Notes: a model not told the origin generated them from the letters alone. 64,000 nucleotides of DNA from an uncultured Methanosarcinales archaeon (GCA_963843555.1 CAWJKV010000002.1:1-64000), one strand, 5' to 3'; shown: positions 42,603-53,490, counted from the stretch's first letter. A program made the numbers and translations.

Positions 42603-43274
42603 ATGGACCGATTCCCTCTTTTTGCCATCATCCTGGCAGCAATTCCAGTATTGGCAAGCGGGCTGGATCTGGCAGGAAGTGCCCTTCTCCTGGGCATTAT
42701 TCTTGGGGGAGCTGCGGCATTGCATATCTATAACCTGTGGAGGGTTCATAGAAAAATAGAATCGTTAGAACACTCCAGCATAACTAAAGAGAGCTTTTAT
42801 AATGAACTGGCCATTGCCCAGGGCTCAAACTTCTCTGCTCTGGCTCTTGCGGCATGGCTGATGCTCATTGTGGCTATCGCTTATCTCTATTTCCTGGTTC
42901 CGACAATTCTCGCCATCAGCTACATGCAGATTCCAGACCTGGCATCCAGTCCAAACGGTTTTGTCACCTATGGATTGGCCATTGCCTCGGCGGCAACAAT
43001 TTTGATTCTCGGCCTTGACAAGCTGCCTGAGAGCTATAGGGAGTTCAAGCTGACAGAGCTGTACAGTTTCTACTCCATCTCAAAGGAGGCGAAGAGAACG
43101 ATCGTCCTGACCATTCCCGCCCTCAGTATCTCGATAATTTGCTCGGCTTATACCGGCACCATCTATCCCGCGCATGATCCACTTGCTGAGAGCCTGTCTT
43201 TAATCCTCCTGGCACTCTCGGCAGGAACGCTGGTGGCTATCATTTATAAGGACGCAGTGGAGGGATGGAGATGA
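42603..43274 (+). CDS. Polytopic membrane protein (about 5-6 TM), unknown function
   Basis: Hydrophobic segments; starts 2 nt after upstream stop; ATGA overlap with next gene. Confidence 0.8.
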   Translation: MDRFPLFAIILAAIPVLASGLDLAGSALLLGIILGGAAALHIYNLWRVHRKIESLEHSSITKESFYNELAIAQGSNFSALALAAWLMLIVAIAYLYFLVPTILAISYMQIPDLASSPNGFVTYGLAIASAATILILGLDKLPESYREFKLTELYSFYSISKEAKRTIVLTIPALSISIICSAYTGTIYPAHDPLAESLSLILLALSAGTLVAIIYKDAVEGWR

Positions 43275-45025
43275 AATTGTGTGTAGTTGGCATCGGCGGA
43301 GCTGGCGGCAATGTCACCCGCGAGTTCATAGGAAATGTTGATCTTGATTTTAATCTGATTTCCAGCATAACCAAAGCCGAATATATATCCCCAGGCATGA
43401 TGAAAGGAATATGGCTTGACGCTGACAAGAATGATGCCCGTAACCTTCAGCATTTCTTTGGAGATATCAACGATGGAGCATATCCGGCTTTCTTCATCCC
43501 ACATGACGCTATTGAAGATGCGTCAGATATTCATATTTTTGTGAAAGAGAAGTACGGCTACGATGTAAAGAAGCAGGGTTTCGTGAGAGACGCCCAGTAC
43601 ATAAAAGCCATCTTTGAGATCTTCGATAGTGATTGCGAGATACAGGAGTTGGCAGCGAGAGAATTCGATTTGCTGGATTCAAGAGACAGGAATGGCAACT
43701 CGGAAGAGATGGAGAAAATTGGTCTCAAAGAGGATCCGAATAACGGTAACGGCAATGGTAATGGCAATGGTGTCGGCAATAGTAACTGCAATTCTTTCAA
43801 GAAACAGGCACCCAATCCCATCTTCGATTGCGCCTGGAAAACGATCAAGCCTTACACTACATTAGGTGGCGGCAACTGCGATGGCATTCTCTTCATCGTA
43901 TCTTTTGGTGGCGGCACAGGAACTGGATTTATAAACCCCATCATCAGCCACATCCGAAATGAAGGTAATGCAGACTATCCTGTATTCGTCCTGGGAATTC
44001 TAACTGAGTTTGGCGACTTTGCTGATCGGGCTCAGTTTTCTGAGGAAGGGCGCAGGAATCTGGCGGCAACAAGCGCTCTTTACGACCTGCTCACAGAAAG
44101 TAATGGAGCCAATGGAGTCATCCTGATTGACAATCAGATTCTGGTAGATAAGTTTGGGAAAGATTATGCGGCTATGAACAAGTTCATCTACCAGATGATG
44201 ATGCCAATGGTTTTGGGGCGCGACTACCCTGGAGAGACCCCACCGAGCCAGGCTGTTGCTCATAATTTCACTAAGGGCCTTTCCAGGCCGCCTCTATTCG
44301 TACCGCTTTTCTCGACCATTTCCCGGTGCAAGAATCCAGAAGAGGAGCTGGTCAGAAGAGCTCTTGCGACGGGGAGGCTCTTCGGCTGCACGCCTGAGAA
44401 GGCCGATATTGCGGTGGTCTTTTGCCGGGGGTTTGTCGATTCAGAGAAGATCAGGAAGGCTTTATCCAAGCAGACCGGAATAAGTGAAGGGAAGATTTGG
44501 GTACTGCGAAAGATGGGTGAAGAGAACGATGAGATCCTGATTATGCTCAGGAATCCTTATGGTGACGATCCCCGGGCTTACACCCGCGAGGGAACTCTGG
44601 AGAACAGGTTTTGCAGGGTGATCTCCATGGCTCTCCAGTACATGAATCAAAATGCAGAGGACCTCTTATGTGAGGGCAAGGATAGCCGGAAAAGAAGCAA
44701 AGATGGTTCGGATGAATCAATAAAGCTCACGGAAAAAGCAAAGCATGCTCTGGAAAAGTTCTTCTTTGGGGAACAGGGATTTATAAGAGACAATTTCGGC
44801 AAAGAGGCGGGTTTTGCCTACGAGCTACGGGAGGCCAGAAGGAGGCTGAGGGATGGAGAGAAGCCCTTTTTCATTTATCCCATGAGGATCTATCCAAAAA
44901 GCGATAGGGTTTTGGAAAATAGCGGAAAGAATTACTGCCAGGACGAAGATGAAATCTCCCGGATCGTTGATAAGCGGATTAAAGAGATACTGGCGGAACA
45001 GGGATTGCTGAATATTGGATGCTAA
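43271..45025 (+). CDS. Divergent tubulin/FtsZ-superfamily (CetZ-like) protein
   Basis: MKLCVVGIGGAGGNV (T1), SFGGGTGTG signature (43907-43927), PVFVLGIL, VILIDN..L, Y..MN..I; long C-terminal extension. Confidence 0.88.
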   Translation: MKLCVVGIGGAGGNVTREFIGNVDLDFNLISSITKAEYISPGMMKGIWLDADKNDARNLQHFFGDINDGAYPAFFIPHDAIEDASDIHIFVKEKYGYDVKKQGFVRDAQYIKAIFEIFDSDCEIQELAAREFDLLDSRDRNGNSEEMEKIGLKEDPNNGNGNGNGNGVGNSNCNSFKKQAPNPIFDCAWKTIKPYTTLGGGNCDGILFIVSFGGGTGTGFINPIISHIRNEGNADYPVFVLGILTEFGDFADRAQFSEEGRRNLAATSALYDLLTESNGANGVILIDNQILVDKFGKDYAAMNKFIYQMMMPMVLGRDYPGETPPSQAVAHNFTKGLSRPPLFVPLFSTISRCKNPEEELVRRALATGRLFGCTPEKADIAVVFCRGFVDSEKIRKALSKQTGISEGKIWVLRKMGEENDEILIMLRNPYGDDPRAYTREGTLENRFCRVISMALQYMNQNAEDLLCEGKDSRKRSKDGSDESIKLTEKAKHALEKFFFGEQGFIRDNFGKEAGFAYELREARRRLRDGEKPFFIYPMRIYPKSDRVLENSGKNYCQDEDEISRIVDKRIKEILAEQGLLNIGC

Positions 45026-46069
45026 AAATCGTGAGGACCTGCTGCTGGTCTGGGCAGGGGAAGGAGCAAGTAAAAGGATAGCTTCCAGAGTGGGAAGAAG
45101 CATGACGCTTCGCATTTGAATATCTTTCGAATCCGAGCCATATCATTCCTTAATCCACTCCAATGGCTCCCAGGTATTCACAGGCTGCGACAGCTCACAC
45201 AGGCTGCTGCAAGGACATGGTCATGCTCACATTTTCTGCGAGTCGAATCCGGGCCCTGGCAAGGGGGAGATCACACACATCACAGTCTTTGCTCCCATGG
45301 TTTTGGCGTCTTCTGGAACAAGAGGCTTTGCAACGGCTGAAAGAGGTTTACATCGATTGTGAATCCAGCATTCAACTGGCCATGCAGGGCCTAGAAGGCC
45401 TGAAGATTTTGCAGGAACTTCCCAGGAAAGAGGCCAGTGCCTGCTTTTGTCAAGAGCGAGGTCGTGGGTCTCTCGCACGCCCTTCCTGCCCACGCGCCAC
45501 CCCAAGGCCACGCGGGCGGGATATTCCCTCGCATGCCTTCTTCCGGAGGAGGGAGATGAGAGAGCGAAGACCGGCGGCGAACGGGGCGGGCTACGGATTC
45601 CGGATCGAGTTTGCGGAGATTGTGCAGGGGCCGGTGGCGGTGGGGTGCGGGACGATGGAATGAGGGGATTTGAGAGCTATGCTCGCTTGCGTAAGCAATA
45701 TCTATTGATGTCAAAACCCGGCACAGTTGCCGCATAAGAGCAGTCTCCAGCATCGGTATTATAAATCATTGAAAGGATTTAGTGCTTGCCATAGGCCTTG
45801 GAAATCATCTCAAGAATCCGTAGCGAATCGATTTAAACACCATGTGCGATAAGGCGTCAATTAGGGACAAAACCTGGAAAGGAGACTGGATTTTGCCCTC
45901 ATTGCCCAATGTCAGTCATCCCCAATCGTCCCGGGTTGCCATTGTCGCTCGCCCAGCCAGCTCCTTGCTCATAGGCACGCCTGACGGGACGGCGTTATTG
46001 GCAACGCCGAAGATCTCCGCCAGCGATCTTGCCCCTCTCCCAATAATCCCATTTAAGAATTCAAACCTC

Positions 46070-46978
46070 TCAGACCAGCTTCAATAGATCGTCCCTCTTC
46101 AACATATGAACCTCTACCATGTGGTGGGGATGGTAGCGCATCTTCGCCTCCCGGATTCCTTCCACCCCCATATCGCTCTCCCGGTTGATGTAGGTATAGT
46201 CCCTGGCCAGGATCTTGGCCGTCTCGGCATTTATGGCCCGGTAGATTCCTTTGCAGTCGGGAAGGCCCTTCTCGAAGTGCACCAGTGCGGTGTCCTTATT
46301 CAGGCCCTCAAATAGAGACATGGCTCCGATCTTGCCCTCGGACCGGATGGCAAGTCCTGACAGCTCCAGCTCCCGGTAATGCGATATGGCAAAGATCACA
46401 GCATCTTTTTCGCTGGCAAGCGTGGGATCCGATTCGCAGTCCTTCCATTCGCACCACTGATCCAGAAACTCCCTGATCTCGGCGATGTTGCCCTCTCTTA
46501 TCTCCTCGACCTGGGGCGTACAGGTCTTCCTGAATCTGTTCAACTGGTGCCTGATGGTGAGAAACCCTTTTCCCGGCAGCTCTGCCAGTTCGGTTGCCAG
46601 ATAGACATATTCAAAGTACCTTCTCTGCGGATGAAACTCCAGCTCCGGATAAAGCCCTGCCATCCAGTCTTTCGTCTCAGTGTCCAGGATCACGAAGGGC
46701 AGCTCTTCTTCGCTCTGGGCGGCAATCATCATGACCTCTCTGAGCAGATCAGGATTGTGGGGGCCGATGGGAGGCCGAAAACGCGTCATTCCTGCGATGG
46801 TGCTGGATAGAACTATGCATTCTTCAACATAGGCATACCTGTAATGGGCATAATCATTCCAGCAGACCATATTTGTAAAGGTGTTGTCGCTGTGGCTCTG
46901 CGGGAAGCGCTCGTAATGCTTAACAAAGAAATCCCTGTCAGCCAGCGTGACTGGCTTAAAATCTGAGGTACTCAGCAC
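46070..46978 (-). CDS. DUF2156 family protein
   Basis: FEYVY...LAELPGK.F...R..LN.F, HFEKG, YRAIN, YINRESDMG.EGIR.AK..YHP. Confidence 0.9.
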   Translation of the reverse strand: MLSTSDFKPVTLADRDFFVKHYERFPQSHSDNTFTNMVCWNDYAHYRYAYVEECIVLSSTIAGMTRFRPPIGPHNPDLLREVMMIAAQSEEELPFVILDTETKDWMAGLYPELEFHPQRRYFEYVYLATELAELPGKGFLTIRHQLNRFRKTCTPQVEEIREGNIAEIREFLDQWCEWKDCESDPTLASEKDAVIFAISHYRELELSGLAIRSEGKIGAMSLFEGLNKDTALVHFEKGLPDCKGIYRAINAETAKILARDYTYINRESDMGVEGIREAKMRYHPHHMVEVHMLKRDDLLKLV

Positions 46979-47391
46979 GCTCTTGCCTCCCAGTCAAGAA
47001 GCATGGGAACATGCCCGGGCATTGGCCTGAACCCGAGAGTGCTGTAAAAATCCTCTTTCTCAGGCTCTGCAATCAGACCTATCCAGGCAATCTTGCGAGA
47101 TCGGCACTCCTCCAACAACGCCTTGAGGATTGTCTTGCCCACGGCTAAACTCCTCCATTCCGGCAGAACCACCAGATCTTGAATATATGCATCCGCAACT
47201 CCATCGGAGATCACACGGCCCATCCCCACAGCCTTGCCGGTAGTTATATCAATCGCCAAAGCGAAAAGAAAGCTTCCCTGGATCAAATCGTTGATCCGGG
47301 TCTGGTCCATGCCTTTTTTCCACCAGCCTCCGGCACGGTAGAGCTCCACTATCTCCTCCTCTTTCCAGGATCGTACGAGTTCGACCTTCAT
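46972..47391 (-). CDS. GNAT N-acetyltransferase
   Basis: VGMGRVISDGVADAYIQDLVVLPEWR..VGK, FYSTLGF. Confidence 0.9.
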   Translation of the reverse strand: MKVELVRSWKEEEIVELYRAGGWWKKGMDQTRINDLIQGSFLFALAIDITTGKAVGMGRVISDGVADAYIQDLVVLPEWRSLAVGKTILKALLEECRSRKIAWIGLIAEPEKEDFYSTLGFRPMPGHVPMLLDWEARAC

Positions 47392-47640
47392 CCGATCATT
47401 CCTATCTGCCGATCTAACATTCTGCAATATGCCTTCTCCCTGAATATTGAATGTTATTATTTATCACTCATTCTATATCAACCATTATCTATAATCGCAT
47501 AGAGAATATCGAATTATCTTAATTATTGGATATGGAATATGGAATGAAATATAGGACAGCTTATAGAAGGTCAGCGATCAAACTCTTCCAAAAAAGAAAC
47601 GGTTGAAGTCCTCTTGGATGGATCATTCTGCTCAGTCGAA

Positions 47641-48144
47641 TCAATCTACTCTCATGAAGAGCGAACCCGGCGTTGCGCAGATAGGACAGACGCCTGGAGC
47701 AACACGCTCAACAGTATTGCCGCAGACAGGGCAGACATAGTAGGGGAAGGTTTCTCTCTTGGCGCTGGCCTCAAGGTCTTCTAAGAGGCTCTTGTAAAGC
47801 CTGGAATGAATCTTCTCCACCTGATTAGCATAGTCAAAAGAGATCTCGGCAGCCTTATTGCCTTCAGCTTTAGCCGTATTGATCATTTCGGGGTACATCT
47901 TCTCCCATTCTTCATCCTCACCAGCTATTGCTGCCTGCATATTCTCTTTAGTGGACTTGATGGCTTTCATCGCTCTGAGGTGATTTGCGGCATGGACCTC
48001 TTCGGCTGCCGCTGCTGCCCGGAACAGCTTGGCCGCCTGTGCAAAACCTTCTTTATCCGCTTTTTTTGCAAAAGCGCTATACTTGCGATTGGCCTGCGAC
48101 TCGCCGGCAAACGCCTCTTTCAGGAATTTCTCTGTATTGGACAT
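47641..48144 (-). CDS. rbr: Rubrerythrin
   Basis: AFAGESQANRKY, EEVHA, MYP, EKIH, CPVCG..CPIC. Confidence 0.95.
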   Translation of the reverse strand: MSNTEKFLKEAFAGESQANRKYSAFAKKADKEGFAQAAKLFRAAAAAEEVHAANHLRAMKAIKSTKENMQAAIAGEDEEWEKMYPEMINTAKAEGNKAAEISFDYANQVEKIHSRLYKSLLEDLEASAKRETFPYYVCPVCGNTVERVAPGVCPICATPGSLFMRVD

Positions 48145-48224
48145 GGCTTAGAACCTACCTTCACTTTAATCCATCTTTTTACTTATCTATCTTTAAATGA
48201 AGTCTGAGGAGCCCTGGGGCTTCC

Positions 48225-50501
48225 TCAGGCGTATATGTCACCGCGCTCCACCTCTCGGGAAGCTTTCTTGCGAAGCTCCTTTCCTATTTGGGAATAATAC
48301 TTCATGGTGTCGGGCGTGACGGACGGCCCAATCTCCTGCAGGGCAGAAAGGAAATGCTTTTGATAGATCTTCGAGGCGTTCATATCTTCACGCAGAGCCA
48401 GCCGTCCGGCTTTGCGAACCACGGCGGCGATATCCGCTCCTGTGTACTGGTCGGTCTGGCCGATCAGCTCCTCAATGTCGATGTCCTCTGCTAGGGGCGC
48501 CTTTTTCAGGTGCACCTGGAAGATCTTCCTGCGAGATTCCATGTCAGGCACAGGTGCCAGTATCAGCTCGTCAAACCGTCCCGGGCGGAGCAGCGCCGGG
48601 TCGATGATATCCGGCCGGTTGGTGGCCCCTATTACGACCACTCCATGCAGCTCCTCGAGGCCGTCCATCTCGTTCAAGAGCTGGTTTACTATACGCTCTG
48701 TGGCATGTGGCTCTCCCATGGCTCCGCCTCGTATGGGAACCAATGCATCCAGCTCGTCAAGGAAGATGATGGCCGGAGCCACCTGCCTCGCCTTTCGGAA
48801 AATCTCTTCCACTCTCTTCTCGCTCTCCCCATACCACTTGGAGAGAAGCGCGCTTCCCTTGACGGTGATGAAATTGGCCTCGCTCTCATTGGCCACGGCC
48901 TTGGCAAGCATTGTCTTCCCTGTACCAGGCGGGCCGTAGAGCAAAATTCCCTTGGGAGCATCAATACCCAGGCGGAGGAAGCTTTCCGCATTTCTGAGCG
49001 GCCACTCCACCGCCTCCACCAGAAGCTGCTTGACGCTCTCCAGACCTCCGATGTCCTCCCAGTTCACATTGGGAACCTCGACCAGTATCTCCCTCATGGC
49101 GGAAGGCTGAACCTCCCGCATGGCCGCCTCGAAGTCGTCCTTTTGCACTATGAGCCTGTCCAGAATCTCTTTGGGAATGGTCGTCTCCTCCAGATCGATC
49201 TCGGGCAGGATACGACGCAACGCATTCATGGCCGCTTCCCGGCTCACGGCAGAGATATCTGCTCCCACGAAGCCGTAGGTCCTCTTGGCGTAGTCCTCCA
49301 GCACCACATCCTCATGCAGAGGCATGCCGCGCGTATGGATCTGGAAGATCTCCATGCGGCCGTCCGTATCCGGAACGCCCAGCTCGATCTCCCTGTCGAA
49401 TCTGCCCGGACGGCGCAGGGCCATGTCCAGCGCCTCGGGGCGGTTGGTGGACCCAATTACTATGACGTTCTTCCTCTCTTTCAGCCCGTCCATGAGAGAT
49501 AAGAGCTGAGCCACGACGCGCCTCTCGACCTCTCCAGTGACGTCTCCGCGCTTGGGGGCAATGGAGTCCAGCTCATCCAGGAAGATGATGGCTGGGGTGT
49601 TCTTCTCCGCCTCTTCGAAGAGATCCCTCAGGGCCTTCTCGCTCTCCCCGTAATACTTGGACATGATCTCCGGGCCATTTATGCTTATGAAGTAGGCATC
49701 GCTCTCATTGGCCACGGCTTTGGCGAGCATGGTCTTTCCCGTGCCGGGCGGCCCGTGCAGCAGGACGCCTTTGGGCGGATCGATCCCCAGACGGTCAAAG
49801 AGCTCGGGATGCTTCAGGGGAAGCTCAATCATCTCTCGGACCTTGGTTATCACCGGCTTCAATCCGCCGACATCTTCGTAAACAACAGAGGGCACGGAGC
49901 GCTCCGGCGTCTCTACGGCCTGAGGCAAGAGCTCGATATCAGTTCCTTCTGTGATCTTGACGATTCCTCCCGGGCTGGTGGAGACGACTCTGAGCTTGAT
50001 CTCACCGAGGCCAAAGGCCTGAGCGCCTAAAAAGCCACGGAATATCTCCTCGAACATGGTCTCCCTGCCCAGGGAATCTGTGGGAGGTTTTCGGACGCTG
50101 GTGGTGGATATAACATCACCACGCGTGAGCGGCCGGCCGTTAAAGACCTTGGTTAGGACGTCTCCTGGAGCAAAGATCTGCATTCCCTGCGTGACTGGAG
50201 CCAGGGTTACGTGCTTGGCCTCACTCCAGGTCGCCAATTTGACCTCTACATACTGGCCGATGCTCGTTCCAGCGTTGGATCTGATAAGGCCGTCCATCCG
50301 GATCATGTCGGTGCCCTGATCCTGAGAGTAGGCACTGACGGCCAGAGCAGCGGTGGGCCGCGAGCCGGTTATCTCGACTACATCCAGAGGGCGAGCGCCT
50401 ATTTTTATCAGGAAATCTTCTCCCATCCTGACTATGCCCTTTCCCACATCGCCCTGATTTGCCTCAGATACCTTCAGCCTCTCGGTTTCTCCTTCAGTCA
50501 T
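48225..50501 (-). CDS. cdc48: CDC48/VCP AAA+ ATPase
   Basis: Two GPPGTGKT Walker A motifs, [16 protein letters not shown]-domain. Confidence 0.97.
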   Translation of the reverse strand: MTEGETERLKVSEANQGDVGKGIVRMGEDFLIKIGARPLDVVEITGSRPTAALAVSAYSQDQGTDMIRMDGLIRSNAGTSIGQYVEVKLATWSEAKHVTLAPVTQGMQIFAPGDVLTKVFNGRPLTRGDVISTTSVRKPPTDSLGRETMFEEIFRGFLGAQAFGLGEIKLRVVSTSPGGIVKITEGTDIELLPQAVETPERSVPSVVYEDVGGLKPVITKVREMIELPLKHPELFDRLGIDPPKGVLLHGPPGTGKTMLAKAVANESDAYFISINGPEIMSKYYGESEKALRDLFEEAEKNTPAIIFLDELDSIAPKRGDVTGEVERRVVAQLLSLMDGLKERKNVIVIGSTNRPEALDMALRRPGRFDREIELGVPDTDGRMEIFQIHTRGMPLHEDVVLEDYAKRTYGFVGADISAVSREAAMNALRRILPEIDLEETTIPKEILDRLIVQKDDFEAAMREVQPSAMREILVEVPNVNWEDIGGLESVKQLLVEAVEWPLRNAESFLRLGIDAPKGILLYGPPGTGKTMLAKAVANESEANFITVKGSALLSKWYGESEKRVEEIFRKARQVAPAIIFLDELDALVPIRGGAMGEPHATERIVNQLLNEMDGLEELHGVVVIGATNRPDIIDPALLRPGRFDELILAPVPDMESRRKIFQVHLKKAPLAEDIDIEELIGQTDQYTGADIAAVVRKAGRLALREDMNASKIYQKHFLSALQEIGPSVTPDTMKYYSQIGKELRKKASREVERGDIYA

Positions 50502-50692
50502 ATATCTCTTACACCTGCTTTCTGATTAGATTTGGGCGTCTATTTTTTAAGTAGTTTGCTATTCGCCAGAGCTGTTTCTTCTCGGGACATCCTTTGAGGA
50601 ACACCTTTTTGATATTGCCTAAAAGGTTCCATTAGCTTTAAATCTTCTAAGGACCTAACATTAGGTCGTATAATTCATGGGTGGGTGGAAGA

Positions 50693-50974
50693 ATGGCAGG
50701 TACAATAGATGAATATAAGAGGCTCTTTCGAGAGGCTACAGTAGCTGACCAGATGAAACTGTTTCGGCTTCACATAGCGATCTATCTGGTAGTGAATATA
50801 ATTTGGCTGGCCCTTAATATGATGGACAGAATAAAGATTGAGCCAACCTGGGCGGTATACTATCCCCTGGTTGGATGGGGTCTGCTGGTAATTGTGCACT
50901 ACTGGTTCTACGTGCGCGGTGCAGAGAACCTGTGCCTGCTCAGGGAGCAGATGGTGGAGTCAAAGATCAAATAA
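50693..50974 (+). CDS. 2TM-domain small membrane protein
   Basis: FRLHIAIYLVVN..W..YPLVGWGLLVIVH. Confidence 0.8.
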   Translation: MAGTIDEYKRLFREATVADQMKLFRLHIAIYLVVNIIWLALNMMDRIKIEPTWAVYYPLVGWGLLVIVHYWFYVRGAENLCLLREQMVESKIK

Positions 50975-51002
50975 GAGAACTACAGCCCTTTTTTTCTGAT
51001 AG

Positions 51003-51251
51003 TCACACTTTTTGCATCAACTCCAACTTTTGAGTCTCTCTATCTTTCAAGAGCTCAATCAGCACGGAGAATATGGCTGCCTCCAGAGGATCGTCCAGTG
51101 CATAGAATGCCTCGCTGGAATGAATTTTGGCCATCCGGGCAAGCTCTTCTGCATAAATCTGGTCCTCCTTCTTCAAGGCCCGACCGGCCCTGACCCAGCG
51201 AGCAGAGACCTCCCGCACGCCCATGCGCACGCTCTCAAAGCTCCGGCCCAT
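51003..51251 (-). CDS. Small helical protein resembling the PolB2-associated family
   Basis: MGRSFESVRMGV..W...RALKKEDQ..A..H.SEAFYA..DPLEAAIFSVLIEL; TGATG overlap. Confidence 0.65.
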   Translation of the reverse strand: MGRSFESVRMGVREVSARWVRAGRALKKEDQIYAEELARMAKIHSSEAFYALDDPLEAAIFSVLIELLKDRETQKLELMQKV

Positions 51252-51769
51252 CAGAAAACCTCCAGGGTGGTCTGGCCGGTTGAATTCGTCTGCGCTTTTC
51301 GACTGCTCTTTGCAGAAGGCCTTGCCGCAGTGCGAGGCCTTTCGGCGAAGCAAAATACTCGGTCGGCATAATTCATCATCTTCTCCAAAAATGGATCTGA
51401 TGCAGGAGAATAGAGAAGCACAATGCAGCTCTTCGCCGCTTCTCTCATCGCCCTGGACACATACTCCACCATCTCTTCCGCGTCCTCGTAAAGTAGGGGA
51501 TCGTGCTCTAAGATCATTAGCGTGTGACGGTTATCCTCCAAGACCGTCATCAGCTGGAAGACGGTAAAAGCCCTCCTCACGTCCAGGTCTGTAAACCTGC
51601 GGTCCAGACCGCTCAATATGCGGGAGTAATTCCCGCAGACGTAAAGGATCTGGAATCTCTGTAAATCGAGGTGGCCGTTAAGGGCCTCGATCAGCAACTG
51701 CACAGGAGCCACGAGGACGTGGAAGGCTCTGTTGCCAAGGGTGATCGCAGGATGCAGTTCGAAGTCCAT
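51251..51769 (-). CDS. Degenerate RecA/RadA-like protein (PolB2-associated type)
   Basis: ILYVCGN, VRRAFTVFQL, LILEHDPLLY, C-terminal QTTLEVF (PIP-box-like); no Walker A. Confidence 0.6.
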   Translation of the reverse strand: MDFELHPAITLGNRAFHVLVAPVQLLIEALNGHLDLQRFQILYVCGNYSRILSGLDRRFTDLDVRRAFTVFQLMTVLEDNRHTLMILEHDPLLYEDAEEMVEYVSRAMREAAKSCIVLLYSPASDPFLEKMMNYADRVFCFAERPRTAARPSAKSSRKAQTNSTGQTTLEVF

Positions 51770-52473
51770 GTGATTGCTTACCTCCTGGGAGAAGATAAGA
51801 TCGAGGAATGAGCGGAGCGAATGTGATTAATTCTTGAATGTATCAATTTTATAGATAAGTCCTGCTTCAATGATGAGCTGATTACAATTATTAAACAAAA
51901 TAAAAAAATGCATATTTTTTGATAGTCGTAGGAAAACTATAGAAAATTTAAGCTATTGTTAGCCTCCATTACTTTTATATATATGCCTTTGTACTTTATA
52001 CAAAGGCCCCAAATCTCTGCATGCTAGTTAATCTATAAATATCGAAAAAGCTATGATAGATTCAGGACCCTCGCGAAGGCTAAATTGAAACAATTCTGAT
52101 ATAAAAAATTAATTTATCATTGATAGAAATTATCTGAAACAGGTTTACATATTAAAACTATTTTAAACAAAATTTTTCATATAATTACATAATGAAATTT
52201 TTTTATTTATTTATGACTAGATTTTATGAATAGCATCAGCCGGGGCTGTCACTGATTCCAATTTATAAATTTATAATTAATATAATGAATCATATATCTA
52301 ATGTGATTAGAACTTCAGATAAGTATAACTAGTATTATTAGTATCACTTAATTGTTTAAAATAAACAGTTCGGCGGCTGTCGAGTTGAAATTTGCGAGAG
52401 TCCAGAAATGCACATCAGTATAAGTGATAATCATGACAATGGTTGTACATATCAGAATCTCTAATAGGAGGGA

Positions 52474-53421
52474 TTGGATCTGGAATGGATGATATTCGCT
52501 CTCCTGGGCACGGTCTTTTTTTCTTGCGCTGGTGTACTGGATAAGCTCCTCCTCAGCAACTCTACAAATGACGCCAAGACCTATATCGTCTGCCAGGTTC
52601 TGGCTCAGCAGCTCTTTACGATCCCACTATTCGTGATAGAGTGCCCGAAATTTGTGTACCCCGAATCCTTCATAGCTCTTCTCTTCGGATGCCTGCAGAT
52701 ATTTCCGTCCTTTTTTTACATGAAGGCTCTACAGACCGAAGAGGCATCGAAAGTCAACGCTATGGAGTACGTGTACCTGATATTTGTTTTCATAGGCTCT
52801 ATATTCCTCTTTGGAGAGGTTCTGGATCTGAAATGCTGCGCTGGCGGACTGCTGCTGATCTTTGGCACACTCATCCTCTCCTACAAAAAAAATGGTGCCA
52901 TTGGCATAGGTTCGAATAGCCGCAGCTCAAAAATCCTGGCAAATCTCATGTCTCTATCGCCAACGATCAAGCCCTTCATGTCGTACTGGATCTTAACCGC
53001 CATCTATTACCTTTGCCTCAAATTTCTCCTCTTATCGATGGATGAGTGGCATCTCTACATCTGGTCATCCTTAGGCAGCCTTATGGTAGTCTTGCCCCTT
53101 ATGTGCAGGCAATCCATCCGCAGCGAGGTTACTGGCTTCTTCGCCAGCGGGGGCATTGCCGTAGGAGTATTGATCTCTGAAGAGACACTACAATTCCTGG
53201 GGCTTATCTTCTCGATCTTCGCCTATGCCGTCGGATCGGTCACACTGGTATCAAGCGTAGGTGCTCTTCAACCCATTCTGACTGTTCTCCTCATTCTGTG
53301 TATGGGAGTCCTCGCGCCAAAACTGGCAAAAGAGATGAATGAAAGGACTGATCGGAGATCATTGATGCAAAAAGGCATATCTTTTATGGTGGTAATGCTA
53401 GGAATATACTTTGTGAGCTGA
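52474..53421 (+). CDS. EamA/DMT family transporter
   Basis: About 10 TM; YMKAL..EASKV, FLFGE.L, GSVTLVS..LQP. Confidence 0.85.
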   Translation: MDLEWMIFALLGTVFFSCAGVLDKLLLSNSTNDAKTYIVCQVLAQQLFTIPLFVIECPKFVYPESFIALLFGCLQIFPSFFYMKALQTEEASKVNAMEYVYLIFVFIGSIFLFGEVLDLKCCAGGLLLIFGTLILSYKKNGAIGIGSNSRSSKILANLMSLSPTIKPFMSYWILTAIYYLCLKFLLLSMDEWHLYIWSSLGSLMVVLPLMCRQSIRSEVTGFFASGGIAVGVLISEETLQFLGLIFSIFAYAVGSVTLVSSVGALQPILTVLLILCMGVLAPKLAKEMNERTDRRSLMQKGISFMVVMLGIYFVS

Positions 53422-53490
53422 CCGCTGTGTCGTTGACCACTGACCGATCTAGTCTGCAAAAAAGATGTCAGCCTATTCTAAAACCGCAAT

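Noticed and set aside
43271..45025. Canonical ftsZ or plasmid tubZ
   Set aside because: It lacks the FtsZ GAG.NP and NxDxxD motifs, and no tubR-like gene or centromere-like repeats lie nearby.
45116..46060. Short ORFs downstream of the tubulin-like gene
   Set aside because: They overlap, carry no motifs and have atypical composition, so no gene call is supportable.
48510..49502. 330-aa plus-strand ORF, and similar long antisense ORFs at 22403-23143, 56999-57733 and 18474-19097
   Set aside because: Shadows of well-supported genes on the opposite strand.
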